This document shows positions 15,628-23,896 of a DNA stretch of 32,000 nucleotides, piece after piece (position 1 is the first letter of the stretch; each line of letters starts with the position of its first letter). Where the stretch lies: assembly GCF_000017845.1 (NCBI RefSeq), contig NC_010546.1, positions 1,920,001-1,952,000 on the forward strand. The letters run 5' to 3'. The notes beneath the pieces were generated by a model. The model was not told where the DNA came from and made no database searches. It saw only the letters and a program-made list of their open reading frames with translations. The stretch is from Crocosphaera subtropica ATCC 51142 (GTDB taxonomy: Bacteria; Cyanobacteriota; Cyanobacteriia; Cyanobacteriales; Microcystaceae). The translations under genes were made by a program, and so were the position numbers.

Positions 15628-17400
15628 TTATAATTGTTTTTGACTAAACCATTCAGTAATTCCATCGGCTAAAATATCTGCTAATTTTTTTTGTTGTTGT
15701 GCATTTGTTATCCATTCAAATTCTGTCGGATTAATCATAAAACCTAATTCTAATAATACCGAAGGTGCAATATGGGGACGAGTTAAAGCTAAGTTATTCC
15801 AGAAGACTCCATAGGAGGGACGATTCGCTTTTTCCACTAAATAATCATGTAAAAATTTTGATAAATCTTCTGCTTGGGGATGATACCAAAACATCCCAAT
15901 TCCTGCAGTATTAATGGCATCTCCATTGTCAGGTAAAGCATTATAATGAATAGATAATGCTATGTCAGGTTTTACTTTATTAATCATCGTAACTCGGTCT
16001 TGTAAAGACACATCTTTATCTGTTTCTCTGGTCATATAAACCGTTGCACCACGCTTTAACAATTCTTCTTTTAATAACTTTGAAACCACTAAGTTAACGG
16101 ATTTCTCAGGATAACCATTCGGTCCTTTTGCTCCCCATTCATTTCCACCATGACCAGGATCTAAAAGAATTCTGACATTATTTAAAGGTTGAGTAGTTTG
16201 ATTTTCTAATTTCGGGGGATGACGTAAGGTAAAAACCAAGTTTGTCCCTTCATAGTTGAGATCATATCCCCACTGTTGATCTGGATGTAGTTCAAAATAA
16301 TACTCGATTTTATCAGGACTTACTTGTTGCCAATAAAAACTTTTAATCAGGGGATCATATTCTAACCGTATTGTATCCGTTTCTGCCGTTGTATTGTATA
16401 GCGTTAGTGTTACTTTATTCCCCATTTGATTAATGGAAACAGGAACTGGTAAAGTCAGAGGAAAAATTACTTTAGTTTCTTCATTATTTTTATCAAATTT
16501 TGCGCTTCTAATGATTGCTTTTGCAGAGGATAAATTAGGGATAATTTTTGTTTCATCTTCCTTGATCCAGGCCCCATAGTCAAGGTGCAACCATTCCCCT
16601 TCTTGACCAATAACTGAGACAATGGTTCCTTCCGGTAGAGGAGTTAAACGGGAATGATTGGTACTTGGTCCCGTTCTAGCAACACCAGCATCGGCTGTAA
16701 TCTCCACAATTTTTAATTGATTAGGATTAAGAATATTAACGTTTCCTTCTCCTCTTTGGGCAATACTTTTATTATTTAATTTTAATTGAAAGTTAGGAGT
16801 TCCTAAGTTACCAATGGTATTAAATTTTCTACAACCTTGATATTGGATAATTGAGTTAATAATTGGTTCATTAGAATCCGTTAAAATAGCAGAATTAGCA
16901 GGAAGTTCCACTGTTTCAGGTTGTGGTAATAAGGGAATGGTTTGATTAGCAATGTTAACCGAAACTTGAGCATTAGGAGAAGCGATCGCACTGAAACAAA
17001 CGGGAGTATTAGGTAAAACAGAGATTGATCGATTTGGGATCAAAGAATTATTAGCAAACCCACCCCCTTGAGGAATATTCGGTGTGAAAGAATTACGAGT
17101 AACGGTGACATTAATCGTTTTATTATTATGACGTAAAACAAAGCGATTAACCCCTACTTTTAAAGGAAAAGATGGAGCAAAATGCCCCTGGTTACTCCGT
17201 TGTACTGTTTGTCCGTTTACAGTAACATTCCCTTGAGGGGAAGCGGTTCCAATTAAAAAGATTTGGTCAGCCGTAGTTTTATGATTCTTGGGAGGATAAG
17301 CTAAATATAAAGGTTGTTGTGCATTGGCCTCAGAATTGATTACCGTAACACTTGAAACACTAATGAAGCCTAATACCTTCAATCCCAACAATCTTGACAT
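15628..17400 (-). CDS. amiC: N-acetylmuramoyl-L-alanine amidase (AmiC-like, Amidase_3 catalytic domain at C-terminus), secreted
   Basis: Track ORF of 590 aa. Signal peptide; an SH3-like segment (GVARTGPSTNHSRLTPLPEGTIVSVIGQEGEWLHLDYGAWI); catalytic domain ILLDPGHGGNEWGAKGP...SIHYNAL...LLELGFM. Confidence 0.85.
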   Translation of the reverse strand: MSRLLGLKVLGFISVSSVTVINSEANAQQPLYLAYPPKNHKTTADQIFLIGTASPQGNVTVNGQTVQRSNQGHFAPSFPLKVGVNRFVLRHNNKTINVTVTRNSFTPNIPQGGGFANNSLIPNRSISVLPNTPVCFSAIASPNAQVSVNIANQTIPLLPQPETVELPANSAILTDSNEPIINSIIQYQGCRKFNTIGNLGTPNFQLKLNNKSIAQRGEGNVNILNPNQLKIVEITADAGVARTGPSTNHSRLTPLPEGTIVSVIGQEGEWLHLDYGAWIKEDETKIIPNLSSAKAIIRSAKFDKNNEETKVIFPLTLPVPVSINQMGNKVTLTLYNTTAETDTIRLEYDPLIKSFYWQQVSPDKIEYYFELHPDQQWGYDLNYEGTNLVFTLRHPPKLENQTTQPLNNVRILLDPGHGGNEWGAKGPNGYPEKSVNLVVSKLLKEELLKRGATVYMTRETDKDVSLQDRVTMINKVKPDIALSIHYNALPDNGDAINTAGIGMFWYHPQAEDLSKFLHDYLVEKANRPSYGVFWNNLALTRPHIAPSVLLELGFMINPTEFEWITNAQQQKKLADILADGITEWFSQKQL

Positions 17401-17577
17401 AATTGATTCATAAATAAATTAATCAACTCATTCTAACGCAAAATTTACCATCATAAGAAACTTTAAGTTTATCCCTAACCAATTCAAGTAAAATTCGTCA
17501 ATGAATACAAGATAAAGTCTCATTCAATAGCAACAAAAACTGTGTACAGAGTCTAATAGGATTTAAGCTTATTACGC

Positions 17578-18183
17578 TTAACTCATGGGGCCTAAATACT
17601 TACTTAAATAAGGGGAAAAGACCTCATAAATTAAGGTTAATGGTTTGCGATCATGCCAAAATAAATAATGTCTTCCCCAAAAAGGTCCTTTCTCTTTAAA
17701 CGCTTCTTCTAATGCAGGGGAATGACCATAATAAATCCCTTGAATATCACGATATAATTCTGTATGTAACCGTGATAAACTTTCCCAAATAGGTAAAGAA
17801 CGATTTTGTAGATACTCATCCACATGATTCGCATCCCACCAAGAGGTAGCATAAGCTAATCTTTGTCCGGATGCTGTTCTTAGCCAAACCTGTCGTCTTA
17901 AACGGGGTTCTGGAACAATTTCTATCTGAGGTGGGGCCCCATCGTCTTCGCTACCAATAGGAGACATATCAATGAGATCAACTTCTGTTTTTTCCGTCGT
18001 TAGCAGTTGTAAATGACGGGTAGGAGAACCATCACCGAGTAATAATATTTGCCACGCAGGGGATAGCATATCATGGGGAAGTCCACGCTTAACAACGTCT
18101 TCATCTCCTTGCCAAACAATATCTAAAGCGTGCCATTGATGGGCTAAAGTGGTTTTATGATAAGGTTTCAAGTTAGCAGTCAA
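17578..18183 (-). CDS. Chorismate pyruvate-lyase family protein (Chor_lyase/DUF564-like, plastoquinone pathway candidate)
   Basis: Track ORF of 201 aa. Blocks LLLGDGSPTRHLQLLT and RRQVWLRTASGQRLAYATSWW resemble the cyanobacterial chorismate lyase (Synechocystis sll1797 type) as I remember it. Confidence 0.55.
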   Translation of the reverse strand: MTANLKPYHKTTLAHQWHALDIVWQGDEDVVKRGLPHDMLSPAWQILLLGDGSPTRHLQLLTTEKTEVDLIDMSPIGSEDDGAPPQIEIVPEPRLRRQVWLRTASGQRLAYATSWWDANHVDEYLQNRSLPIWESLSRLHTELYRDIQGIYYGHSPALEEAFKEKGPFWGRHYLFWHDRKPLTLIYEVFSPYLSKYLGPMS

Positions 18184-18261
18184 GGTTCTTAATAAAACTT
18201 TACTATTCTTTAAGTTTTATCATAGCAAAACCTTTGTCAGTTATCACTTATAAGTTAGTCT

Positions 18262-19155
18262 ATGTTTGGATTGATTGCATTGAATAAACCATCCGGGTTT
18301 ACGTCTCATGACTGCGTTGCTAAAGTCAGACGATGCTTAAAGATGAAAAAGGTAGGACATGGGGGAACTCTTGATCCAGCAGCAACCGGCGTTTTACCCA
18401 TCGCAGTGGGTAAAGCCACTCGTTTATTGCCCTTTTTGCCTGAAAATAAGGCTTATAAAGCCATTATTCGCTTTGGTGTCCAAACCACAACGGATGATCT
18501 TGAAGGAGAGGTAATAAAACGTCAACCGGTTCCTAATTTAAGTATAGAGCAAATTACACCGTTATTCAGCCAGTTTTTAGGGGAAATTGCACAAATTCCT
18601 CCTATGTATAGTGCCATTCAACGAGATGGGAAACGGTTGTATGAGTTAGCGAGGAAAGGGGAAACGGTGGAAGTTCCTGTAAGAACGGTTAAGGTTGACA
18701 AAATAGACCTTTTAGACTGGTGTGCAGGGGAATTTCCTGAATTAGTGGTTAATATTGAATGTGGATCGGGAACTTATATTCGGGCGATCGCCAGAGATAT
18801 AGGGGATAAGTTAGGAGTCGGGGGAACCTTAGCTGCCTTAACTCGCACTAAAAGTTGTGGCATGATGCTATCAGAAACGATTACATTAGAAGAGTTAGAA
18901 AAACACACTCAACAAGGCACTTTTTCCTTACTTAAACCAGAATTATTCTTAAACCATTTACCTCAAATTACCCTTTCTGTAGAAGAGGGTAAACGCTGGT
19001 GTCAAGGACAAAAAAGAGTAATTGATACTGTTAATATTGTAACTTCTTCGGATGTAATTCAAGTTTATAATAAACTAGGAGAATTTTTAGGAATGAGTCA
19101 AATAATTTCTACTGATAATCATCAACTTCTAAAGCCAAAAGTTGTTATTAATTAA
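18262..19155 (+). CDS. truB: tRNA pseudouridine(55) synthase TruB
   Basis: Track ORF of 297 aa. NKPSGFTSHD, catalytic Asp in GHGGTLDPAATGVLPI, PPMYSAIQRDGKRLYELAR, GTYIRAIARD. Confidence 0.9.
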   Translation: MFGLIALNKPSGFTSHDCVAKVRRCLKMKKVGHGGTLDPAATGVLPIAVGKATRLLPFLPENKAYKAIIRFGVQTTTDDLEGEVIKRQPVPNLSIEQITPLFSQFLGEIAQIPPMYSAIQRDGKRLYELARKGETVEVPVRTVKVDKIDLLDWCAGEFPELVVNIECGSGTYIRAIARDIGDKLGVGGTLAALTRTKSCGMMLSETITLEELEKHTQQGTFSLLKPELFLNHLPQITLSVEEGKRWCQGQKRVIDTVNIVTSSDVIQVYNKLGEFLGMSQIISTDNHQLLKPKVVIN

Positions 19156-19206
19156 TAAGATAAATTATAGAAATTAAACCATTAATTAAGATAAGTCACC
19201 TAACAT

Positions 19207-19530
19207 TTATTGGACTGTTTTCTTTAAAGAAGGCAAATGTTCACTAACAGTTGACCAAACCACATCTAAATCTATTCTAAAATATTGATCGGCTAAAATA
19301 CTTCGCATTCCAATGATCTTTTTCCAAGGTATATTAGGATATTGATTTCTGAAAGAGATGTCAATATCTCCTGCTGCTTCTCCAATAATAATCAACTGAT
19401 ATAAGACACCACTTTGTAGCAGTTTACTATCATAAGAAGTTTCTTTTCCTTCTTTTATATAGGTTATATAGGTTTCTATTTGTTCAATAGCATCGAGAAT
19501 ATCTTGTAAGCGTATTTTATCATCTCTCAT
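19207..19530 (-). CDS. HepT (DUF86) family protein with substituted RX4HXY motif
   Basis: Track ORF of 107 aa. Typical DUF86 layout (LQDILDAIEQIE...IIGEAAGDI...YPNIPWKKIIGMRSILADQYFRIDLDVVW). The motif reads R-SILA-D-Q-Y, so Asp replaces the catalytic His. Confidence 0.75.
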   Translation of the reverse strand: MRDDKIRLQDILDAIEQIETYITYIKEGKETSYDSKLLQSGVLYQLIIIGEAAGDIDISFRNQYPNIPWKKIIGMRSILADQYFRIDLDVVWSTVSEHLPSLKKTVQ

Positions 19531-19928
19531 AAGTTTACTGCATTATTAATAATTAATTCTCGATAGGGTTCTTTAATCATTTTTTCAGTAAACACTACAA
19601 CATCAAAACTTAATAATTCCCGTAAACTTTCTAATAACCCTCCCAAATCTAATAAACTCCTGTTTTTAGCTAAATCTACAATAAAAATAACCTCGTTATC
19701 TTCGATACAGTAACGAAAATTTGATGCACCATAATTTTTAGAAATTTTTAGAATATCTGTTTTTTTAGACTCAATCATCTTTAACTTACTAAGATAACTA
19801 AGTGCTTGATTTTCATCATTTAAAGAGGCTAAATGCTTAGATAAAATTTGTTTTTCATCTAAACTAAGAGAGTCTAATTGTTCGAGAATGTTGGTTAAAA
19901 CGGAATGACTCATTAATGTTACTCTCAT
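19527..19928 (-). CDS. MNT-like (minimal nucleotidyltransferase) partner of HepT, catalytic GS/DxD signature absent, ~60-aa N-terminal extension
   Basis: Track ORF of 133 aa. It overlaps the HepT start by 4 bp (19527-19530). The C-terminal half RSLLDLGGLLESLRELLSFDVVVFTEKMIKEPYRELIINNAVNL matches the conserved MNT C-terminus. Where FGSxARGx(n)DxD is expected, the sequence reads FRYCIEDNEVIFIVDL. Confidence 0.65.
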   Translation of the reverse strand: MRVTLMSHSVLTNILEQLDSLSLDEKQILSKHLASLNDENQALSYLSKLKMIESKKTDILKISKNYGASNFRYCIEDNEVIFIVDLAKNRSLLDLGGLLESLRELLSFDVVVFTEKMIKEPYRELIINNAVNL

Positions 19929-20156
19929 TAAAGCTATTTTTTGCTATCTTAACTCAAATAGTCCTTGAAGTTAACGGTACAACACTCTCAAGGTGTTTGG
20001 TTACTAATTTATAGTTAGCTAAAAGAAGCCATTTTGCTAACTTCCCTTTTTTTCCACTTTATCAAGGAACTTTATCTAAAAAGATGGGACTGACATCCTA
20101 GGAAACCGTGTCCTATGATCAAATCAAGGACGAATTCAGTGTTGTCTTAACAAAAT

Positions 20157-20188
20157 TTCTGACTTCTGACTTCTGACTTCTGACTTCT
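20157..20188. repeat. Heptanucleotide tandem repeat (TTCTGAC)x4.5
   Basis: ttct gacttct gacttct gacttct gacttct read directly. It ends 17 nt upstream of the 20206 start codon. Confidence 0.95.
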
Positions 20189-20205
20189 AATATTGAGGGT
20201 GTATT

Positions 20206-20946
20206 ATGTTGAACTTAAACTATGGTAAATCAGGAATGGCTAGTGCGATCGCCTTATTAATGGGAATTACCGCATTATCGCCATTTTATAACTTAAAACC
20301 AGCAACCGCCCAATTATTACCGCGGCCCTCTCAACCTTCTTCACCGAGTCGGAATTATGGTACTACCAGTGTTACGATTCCTGCTGGAACCCGTATTCCG
20401 ATGCAATTTCAAAACGGGGAGAGAATTTTAGTCAGTCCGGAAGAAACCTTGTCTATTACCCTACAAACCGCAGCAACCATCCGTGATAGTAACCGAAACG
20501 TCTTAATTCCGGCTGGTAGTGACGTAAATGGCGAAATTCGTCCCGTTAATGGTGGATCTCAATTCTTTGCCCGTGAAATCATTGTTAATGGTCAACGGTA
20601 TCCTTTCAATGCTACCTCAAGAGTGGTTAGCCGAACCGAAACCATCCGACAAGGGGCTAATATCGGAGAAATTTTAGGGGGAACTGTAGCCGGGGCCGGG
20701 GCTGCTGCCATCATTGCAGGGGTAACAGGCGATCGCCGTATTGATGCGTTAGAAGTGTTAGCTGGGGCTGCTGTGGGAACCTTAGCCGGATGGGGTTTAC
20801 CCGAAGCTGGTATCATCGGCGGTGGGGAAGCAACGGTTATTGCCATCGAACCGGAACAAGATTTTCTCCTCACGTTACAGTCTAGTTTCTCCATTGCTTC
20901 TAATAGCAACTATCAAAACACTCGTTATCCTTTAAGTTTGCGTTAA
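20206..20946 (+). CDS. Secreted protein with C-terminal glycine-zipper segments; function unknown
   Basis: Track ORF of 246 aa. N-terminal signal-like MASAIALLMGITALSPFYNLKPATAQ. Gly/Ala zipper GGTVAGAGAAAIIAGVTGD...LAGAAVGTLAGWG. The antisense track ORF 20592-20909 is a shadow of this GC-rich part. Confidence 0.7.
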   Translation: MLNLNYGKSGMASAIALLMGITALSPFYNLKPATAQLLPRPSQPSSPSRNYGTTSVTIPAGTRIPMQFQNGERILVSPEETLSITLQTAATIRDSNRNVLIPAGSDVNGEIRPVNGGSQFFAREIIVNGQRYPFNATSRVVSRTETIRQGANIGEILGGTVAGAGAAAIIAGVTGDRRIDALEVLAGAAVGTLAGWGLPEAGIIGGGEATVIAIEPEQDFLLTLQSSFSIASNSNYQNTRYPLSLR

Positions 20947-20964
20947 TCAACTTTTAGGTCAATT

Positions 20965-21002
20965 AAACAACCCTTAGGTATGGTTATCTATGGGTTGTTT
21001 TT
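20965..21002 (+). terminator. Intrinsic terminator of the 20206-20946 gene
   Basis: AAACAACCCTTAGGTA / TATCTATGGGTTGTTT form a 16-bp stem with 2 mismatches and loop TGGT. The 3' arm runs into a T5 tract (20998-21002). It begins 19 nt after the stop. Confidence 0.6.
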
Positions 21003-21225
21003 AGCTTATTGCTGAAATTAATTGTTGCTCAAAGTGCTGCAAATTTAGTTGACAATCTTCTTTTAAAATACGAGTTGCGATCCCTGTTGGCTATCCAAAT
21101 GCCTCAACTTCAAGGATACCAAACAGCAAATGTTCTGGCGCAATACGAGAGTTTCTTAACTGTTTAGCTTCCTTTTTGGCGAGTTCTAGCAGTCGTTTCG
21201 CCCTAGGTGCAAGGGGTTTATTCCC
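21001..21225 (-). pseudogene. Remnant of a Clp N-terminal (Clp_N repeat) domain gene, no start codon, internal in-frame TAG
   Basis: Hand translation of the reverse strand gives GNKPLAPRAKRLLELAKKEAKQLRNSRIAPEHLLFGILEVEAFG*PTGIATRILKEDCQLNLQHFEQQLISAIS*. It aligns with ClpC/ClpB repeat 2 ([49 protein letters not shown]). TAG at 21091-21093 (complement). A stop lies immediately upstream at 21226-21228. In another frame just upstream, ...CYILSLLRE* could be a decayed repeat 1. Confidence 0.6.
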
Positions 21226-21475
21226 TTAAGAGACTCAGAATATAGCAGTTTTTAGCCGAAGCCCTAATACCGAACTCAATAGACAAAGTTGGGAACAAAG
21301 CAGAAAACCTCAGAGTCAATTTAACTCGGCACCTGTTCAAGCGTTGAGGGGAGGAACTCTTACCATAAGAACCTCCCCCAATTCTTTTCTAGAACCGAAT
21401 ATAAATAATTCCCTCGTCTTCAATCCCTTCTACGTCTTAAATTCCTAACAATAAAGTTTTTCCGTCTCTAAATAT

Positions 21476-21519
21476 CTGCTCTTGATCACAAAAAGAGATC
21501 CTTGAGCAGCTTTTTTTTT
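21476..21519 (+). terminator. Orphan terminator-like hairpin plus T9 tract, 83 nt upstream of clpR
   Basis: CTGCTC (21476-21481) pairs with GAGCAG (21504-21509). There is an inner GATC/GATC 4-bp stem, then C and TTTTTTTTT (21511-21519). No + strand CDS ends nearby. Confidence 0.4.
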
Positions 21520-21601
21520 GGGGAATGCTGGCGATAATTCGTTAAAATCAAAGTCAGAGTAATTATTGCTCATTACCTAATATACCCAAAACAACCGACC
21601 A

Positions 21602-22282
21602 ATGGAGATCAAAGCTGTTCAATCCGCTTATTACGGAGATGCTAATTTTCGCACTCCCCCACCAGATTTAGAATCTTTATTACTCAAAGAGCGTATCATC
21701 TATCTAGGGTTACCTCTATTTTCCTCTGATGAAATCAAGCAACAAGTGGGGATTGACGTTACTCAACTGATTATTGCTCAATTGCTGTATCTACAGTTTG
21801 ATAACCCTGAAAAACCGATTTATTTCTATATCAACTCTACCGGAACCTCTTGGTATACAGGAGATGCTATCGGGTTTGAAACCGAAGCTTTTGCTATCTG
21901 CGATACCATGAATTATGTTAAACCTCCCATCCATACCATTTGTATTGGTCAGGCCATGGGAACAGCCGCTATGATTTTATCTGCGGGAACAAAAGGCTGT
22001 CGTGCCAGTCTTCCCCATGCTACCATCGTACTCAATCAAAACCGTTCCGGAGCAAGAGGTCAAGCGACGGATATCCAAATTCGTGCTAAAGAAGTTTTGC
22101 ATAATAAGCAAACGATGTTACAAATCTTGTCTGAAAATACCGGACAAACTGTGGAAAAAATCGCTAAAGATATTGATCGAACTTTCTATTTAACCCCGGA
22201 AAAAGCTAAAGAATACGGGTTAATTGATCGAGTCTTAGAAAGTACGAAAGAACTCCCTAAATCCCCAATTCCTGTGGGTTAA
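21602..22282 (+). CDS. clpR: ClpR, catalytically inactive ClpP paralogue
   Basis: Track ORF of 226 aa. ClpP fold, but the Ser position reads GQAMGTAAMIL (no Ser) and the His position reads IVLNQN (no His). The N-terminus YYGDANFRTPPPDLESLLLKERIIYLG is typical of cyanobacterial ClpR. Confidence 0.9.
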   Translation: MEIKAVQSAYYGDANFRTPPPDLESLLLKERIIYLGLPLFSSDEIKQQVGIDVTQLIIAQLLYLQFDNPEKPIYFYINSTGTSWYTGDAIGFETEAFAICDTMNYVKPPIHTICIGQAMGTAAMILSAGTKGCRASLPHATIVLNQNRSGARGQATDIQIRAKEVLHNKQTMLQILSENTGQTVEKIAKDIDRTFYLTPEKAKEYGLIDRVLESTKELPKSPIPVG

Positions 22283-22313
22283 TTACTGTTTACTTTTACT
22301 TTGAGTTAAGCTT

Positions 22314-22913
22314 ATGCCTATTGGTGTCCCTAGTGTTCCTTATCGTCTTCCTGGTAGTCAATACGAACGATGGATTGATATCTATACTCGCTTGGGCCAA
22401 GAAAGAATTATTTTTCTTGGTCAAGAAGTAAACGATGCGATCGCTAACCGTATTGTTGCTTTACTGTTATATCTTGATTCCGAAGATCCCAGTAAACCCA
22501 TTTATCTCTACATCAACTCCCCTGGGGGTTCGGTGACTGCTGGTATGGCTATTTACGATACCATGCAGTACATTAAGTCTGAAGTCATTACCATTTGTGT
22601 TGGGTTAGCTGCGTCGATGGGATCATTTTTATTGGCGGCAGGAACCCCTGGAAAGCGTCTGGCCTTACCCCACGCTAGAATTATGATTCACCAACCGATG
22701 GGGGGAACCGGAAGACGACAAGCAAGCGATATTGAAATCGAAGCTAACGAAATTCTCCGTATTCGGGCCCAATTGAATCAAATTTTAGCAGATAAATGCG
22801 GACAATCCCTCGAAAAGATTGAAAAAGATACGGATCGAGATTATTTTATGTCTGCTGAAGAAGCAAAAGAATATGGCCTCATTGATAAGGTAATTGAAGA
22901 AAGAAGTCTTTAG
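22314..22913 (+). CDS. clpP3: ATP-dependent Clp protease proteolytic subunit (ClpP3-type, partner of ClpR)
   Basis: Track ORF of 199 aa. Catalytic Ser in [14 protein letters not shown], His in IMIHQP, Asp in DTDRDYFM. It starts 31 nt after clpR, the same order as in Synechocystis slr0164-slr0165. Confidence 0.9.
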   Translation: MPIGVPSVPYRLPGSQYERWIDIYTRLGQERIIFLGQEVNDAIANRIVALLLYLDSEDPSKPIYLYINSPGGSVTAGMAIYDTMQYIKSEVITICVGLAASMGSFLLAAGTPGKRLALPHARIMIHQPMGGTGRRQASDIEIEANEILRIRAQLNQILADKCGQSLEKIEKDTDRDYFMSAEEAKEYGLIDKVIEERSL

Positions 22914-22951
22914 TTATCTTAACTACTTGGTAACGGTTGTATTGATACTAT

Positions 22952-22979
22952 CCCCCATGATCTTAAGTGATTATGGGGG
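22952..22979 (+). terminator. Hairpin after clpP3 (candidate terminator)
   Basis: CCCCCAT (22952-22958) / ATGGGGG (22973-22979) with a 14-nt loop, followed by TACTTTT. It overlaps the GTG (22967) that the ORF track uses as the start of the next ORF. Confidence 0.4.
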
Positions 22980-23071
22980 TACTTTTAATAAAAGATGAAA
23001 TAGATAATCTGTTTTCAGACTTTAATCAAAGTGCTAATATTATAATATCTATATATTGTTGGCTAGTAAAA

Positions 23072-23410
23072 ATGATATCAAAAACTCAAGAAAACAACGA
23101 CACTGAGGCAATAATTGACCCAAGATATGATCGTATCATTCGATACCTAGAGAAAGCGTCTCAAGACGGTGCTGAGTTTTATATTCAAAAGCAAAAGCTT
23201 GGTGGCCGTCTTAAGTCTATTCATTTTGATCCTTCAAAACTCCATAGTCGTGTTGGAGTTAGCTTAGTTCACTATCTATTAGATGCAGAAAAGTCAGGAG
23301 ACAAAATCTATGTAAAAAAAACAAATGAAGGAGTTAAACGAGTTTCTTTTTTAGATAAAGCTGAAAGAAAGCCAAGAGACAGTTTCCTAAAATGGCGACA
23401 CAGTGCTTAA
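23072..23410 (+). CDS. Hypothetical small soluble protein (112 aa from ATG 23072; track ORF begins at GTG 22967)
   Basis: Open frame in a low-GC stretch. TATAAT at 23041-23046 and the hairpin at 22952-22979 argue for the internal ATG (MISKTQENNDT...). No motif recognised. Basic C-terminus (KAERKPRDSFLKWRHSA). Confidence 0.5.
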   Translation: MISKTQENNDTEAIIDPRYDRIIRYLEKASQDGAEFYIQKQKLGGRLKSIHFDPSKLHSRVGVSLVHYLLDAEKSGDKIYVKKTNEGVKRVSFLDKAERKPRDSFLKWRHSA

Positions 23411-23451
23411 AATGTGTTTAAATATGCTGGCAATTGTCTTACTCTCTGTTA

Positions 23452-23886
23452 ATGTCAAAAGATAACATCCAAAGTAATCAAGAATTCGAGAATAGTATTG
23501 ATAATGATTCTCCCCATGAAGAAAATTTGAGCTTATCTGAAGATGAGTTTCAACAGGAGTCCTTGAAAATAGAAGATGTTGAAAGCTCAGAGTTTGAATT
23601 TCCTATTACTAATAAAGAAAAACGGTCTTTAGCTGATGAACTGGATATTAAAAGAGAAGACACTAGATCACAACTGGCAACAATATTAATTAGGATTTTG
23701 GTCGGGACATATATTGCTTCTTTCATGACTATGTTAATTGTTATAATCATACCCATAGACCAAAATGAAGAAAAAGCACAAAGATATGCTTATTCAAAAG
23801 ATGTTATTTCTCTGCTGATAACAACTCAAACTGGATTAATTGGTGCTGTTTTGGGTTTTTATTTTGGTAGTAATCGAAACAAATAA
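23452..23886 (+). CDS. Hypothetical membrane protein: acidic ~75-aa N-terminal region plus two C-terminal TM helices (144 aa)
   Basis: Track ORF 23434-23886 (TTG). I prefer the ATG at 23452 (MSKDNIQ...). TM1 is LATILIRILVGTYIASFMTMLIVIIIPI and TM2 is VISLLITTQTGLIGAVLGFYFG. It starts 42 nt after the previous ORF. Confidence 0.55.
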   Translation: MSKDNIQSNQEFENSIDNDSPHEENLSLSEDEFQQESLKIEDVESSEFEFPITNKEKRSLADELDIKREDTRSQLATILIRILVGTYIASFMTMLIVIIIPIDQNEEKAQRYAYSKDVISLLITTQTGLIGAVLGFYFGSNRNK

Positions 23887-23896
23887 TTATAATTCT

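Noticed and set aside
20592-20909. 105-aa antisense ORF inside the glycine-zipper gene
   Set aside because: The Ala/Pro-rich product is the typical mirror image of a Gly/Ala-rich coding region. The sense gene has a signal peptide and its own terminator.
22967-23071. GTG at 22967 as start of the first islet ORF (147-aa version)
   Set aside because: The GTG lies inside the hairpin that probably terminates clpP3. The N-terminal 35 residues are hydrophobic and odd, and a TATAAT box at 23041 precedes the internal ATG at 23072. The upstream start cannot be fully excluded.
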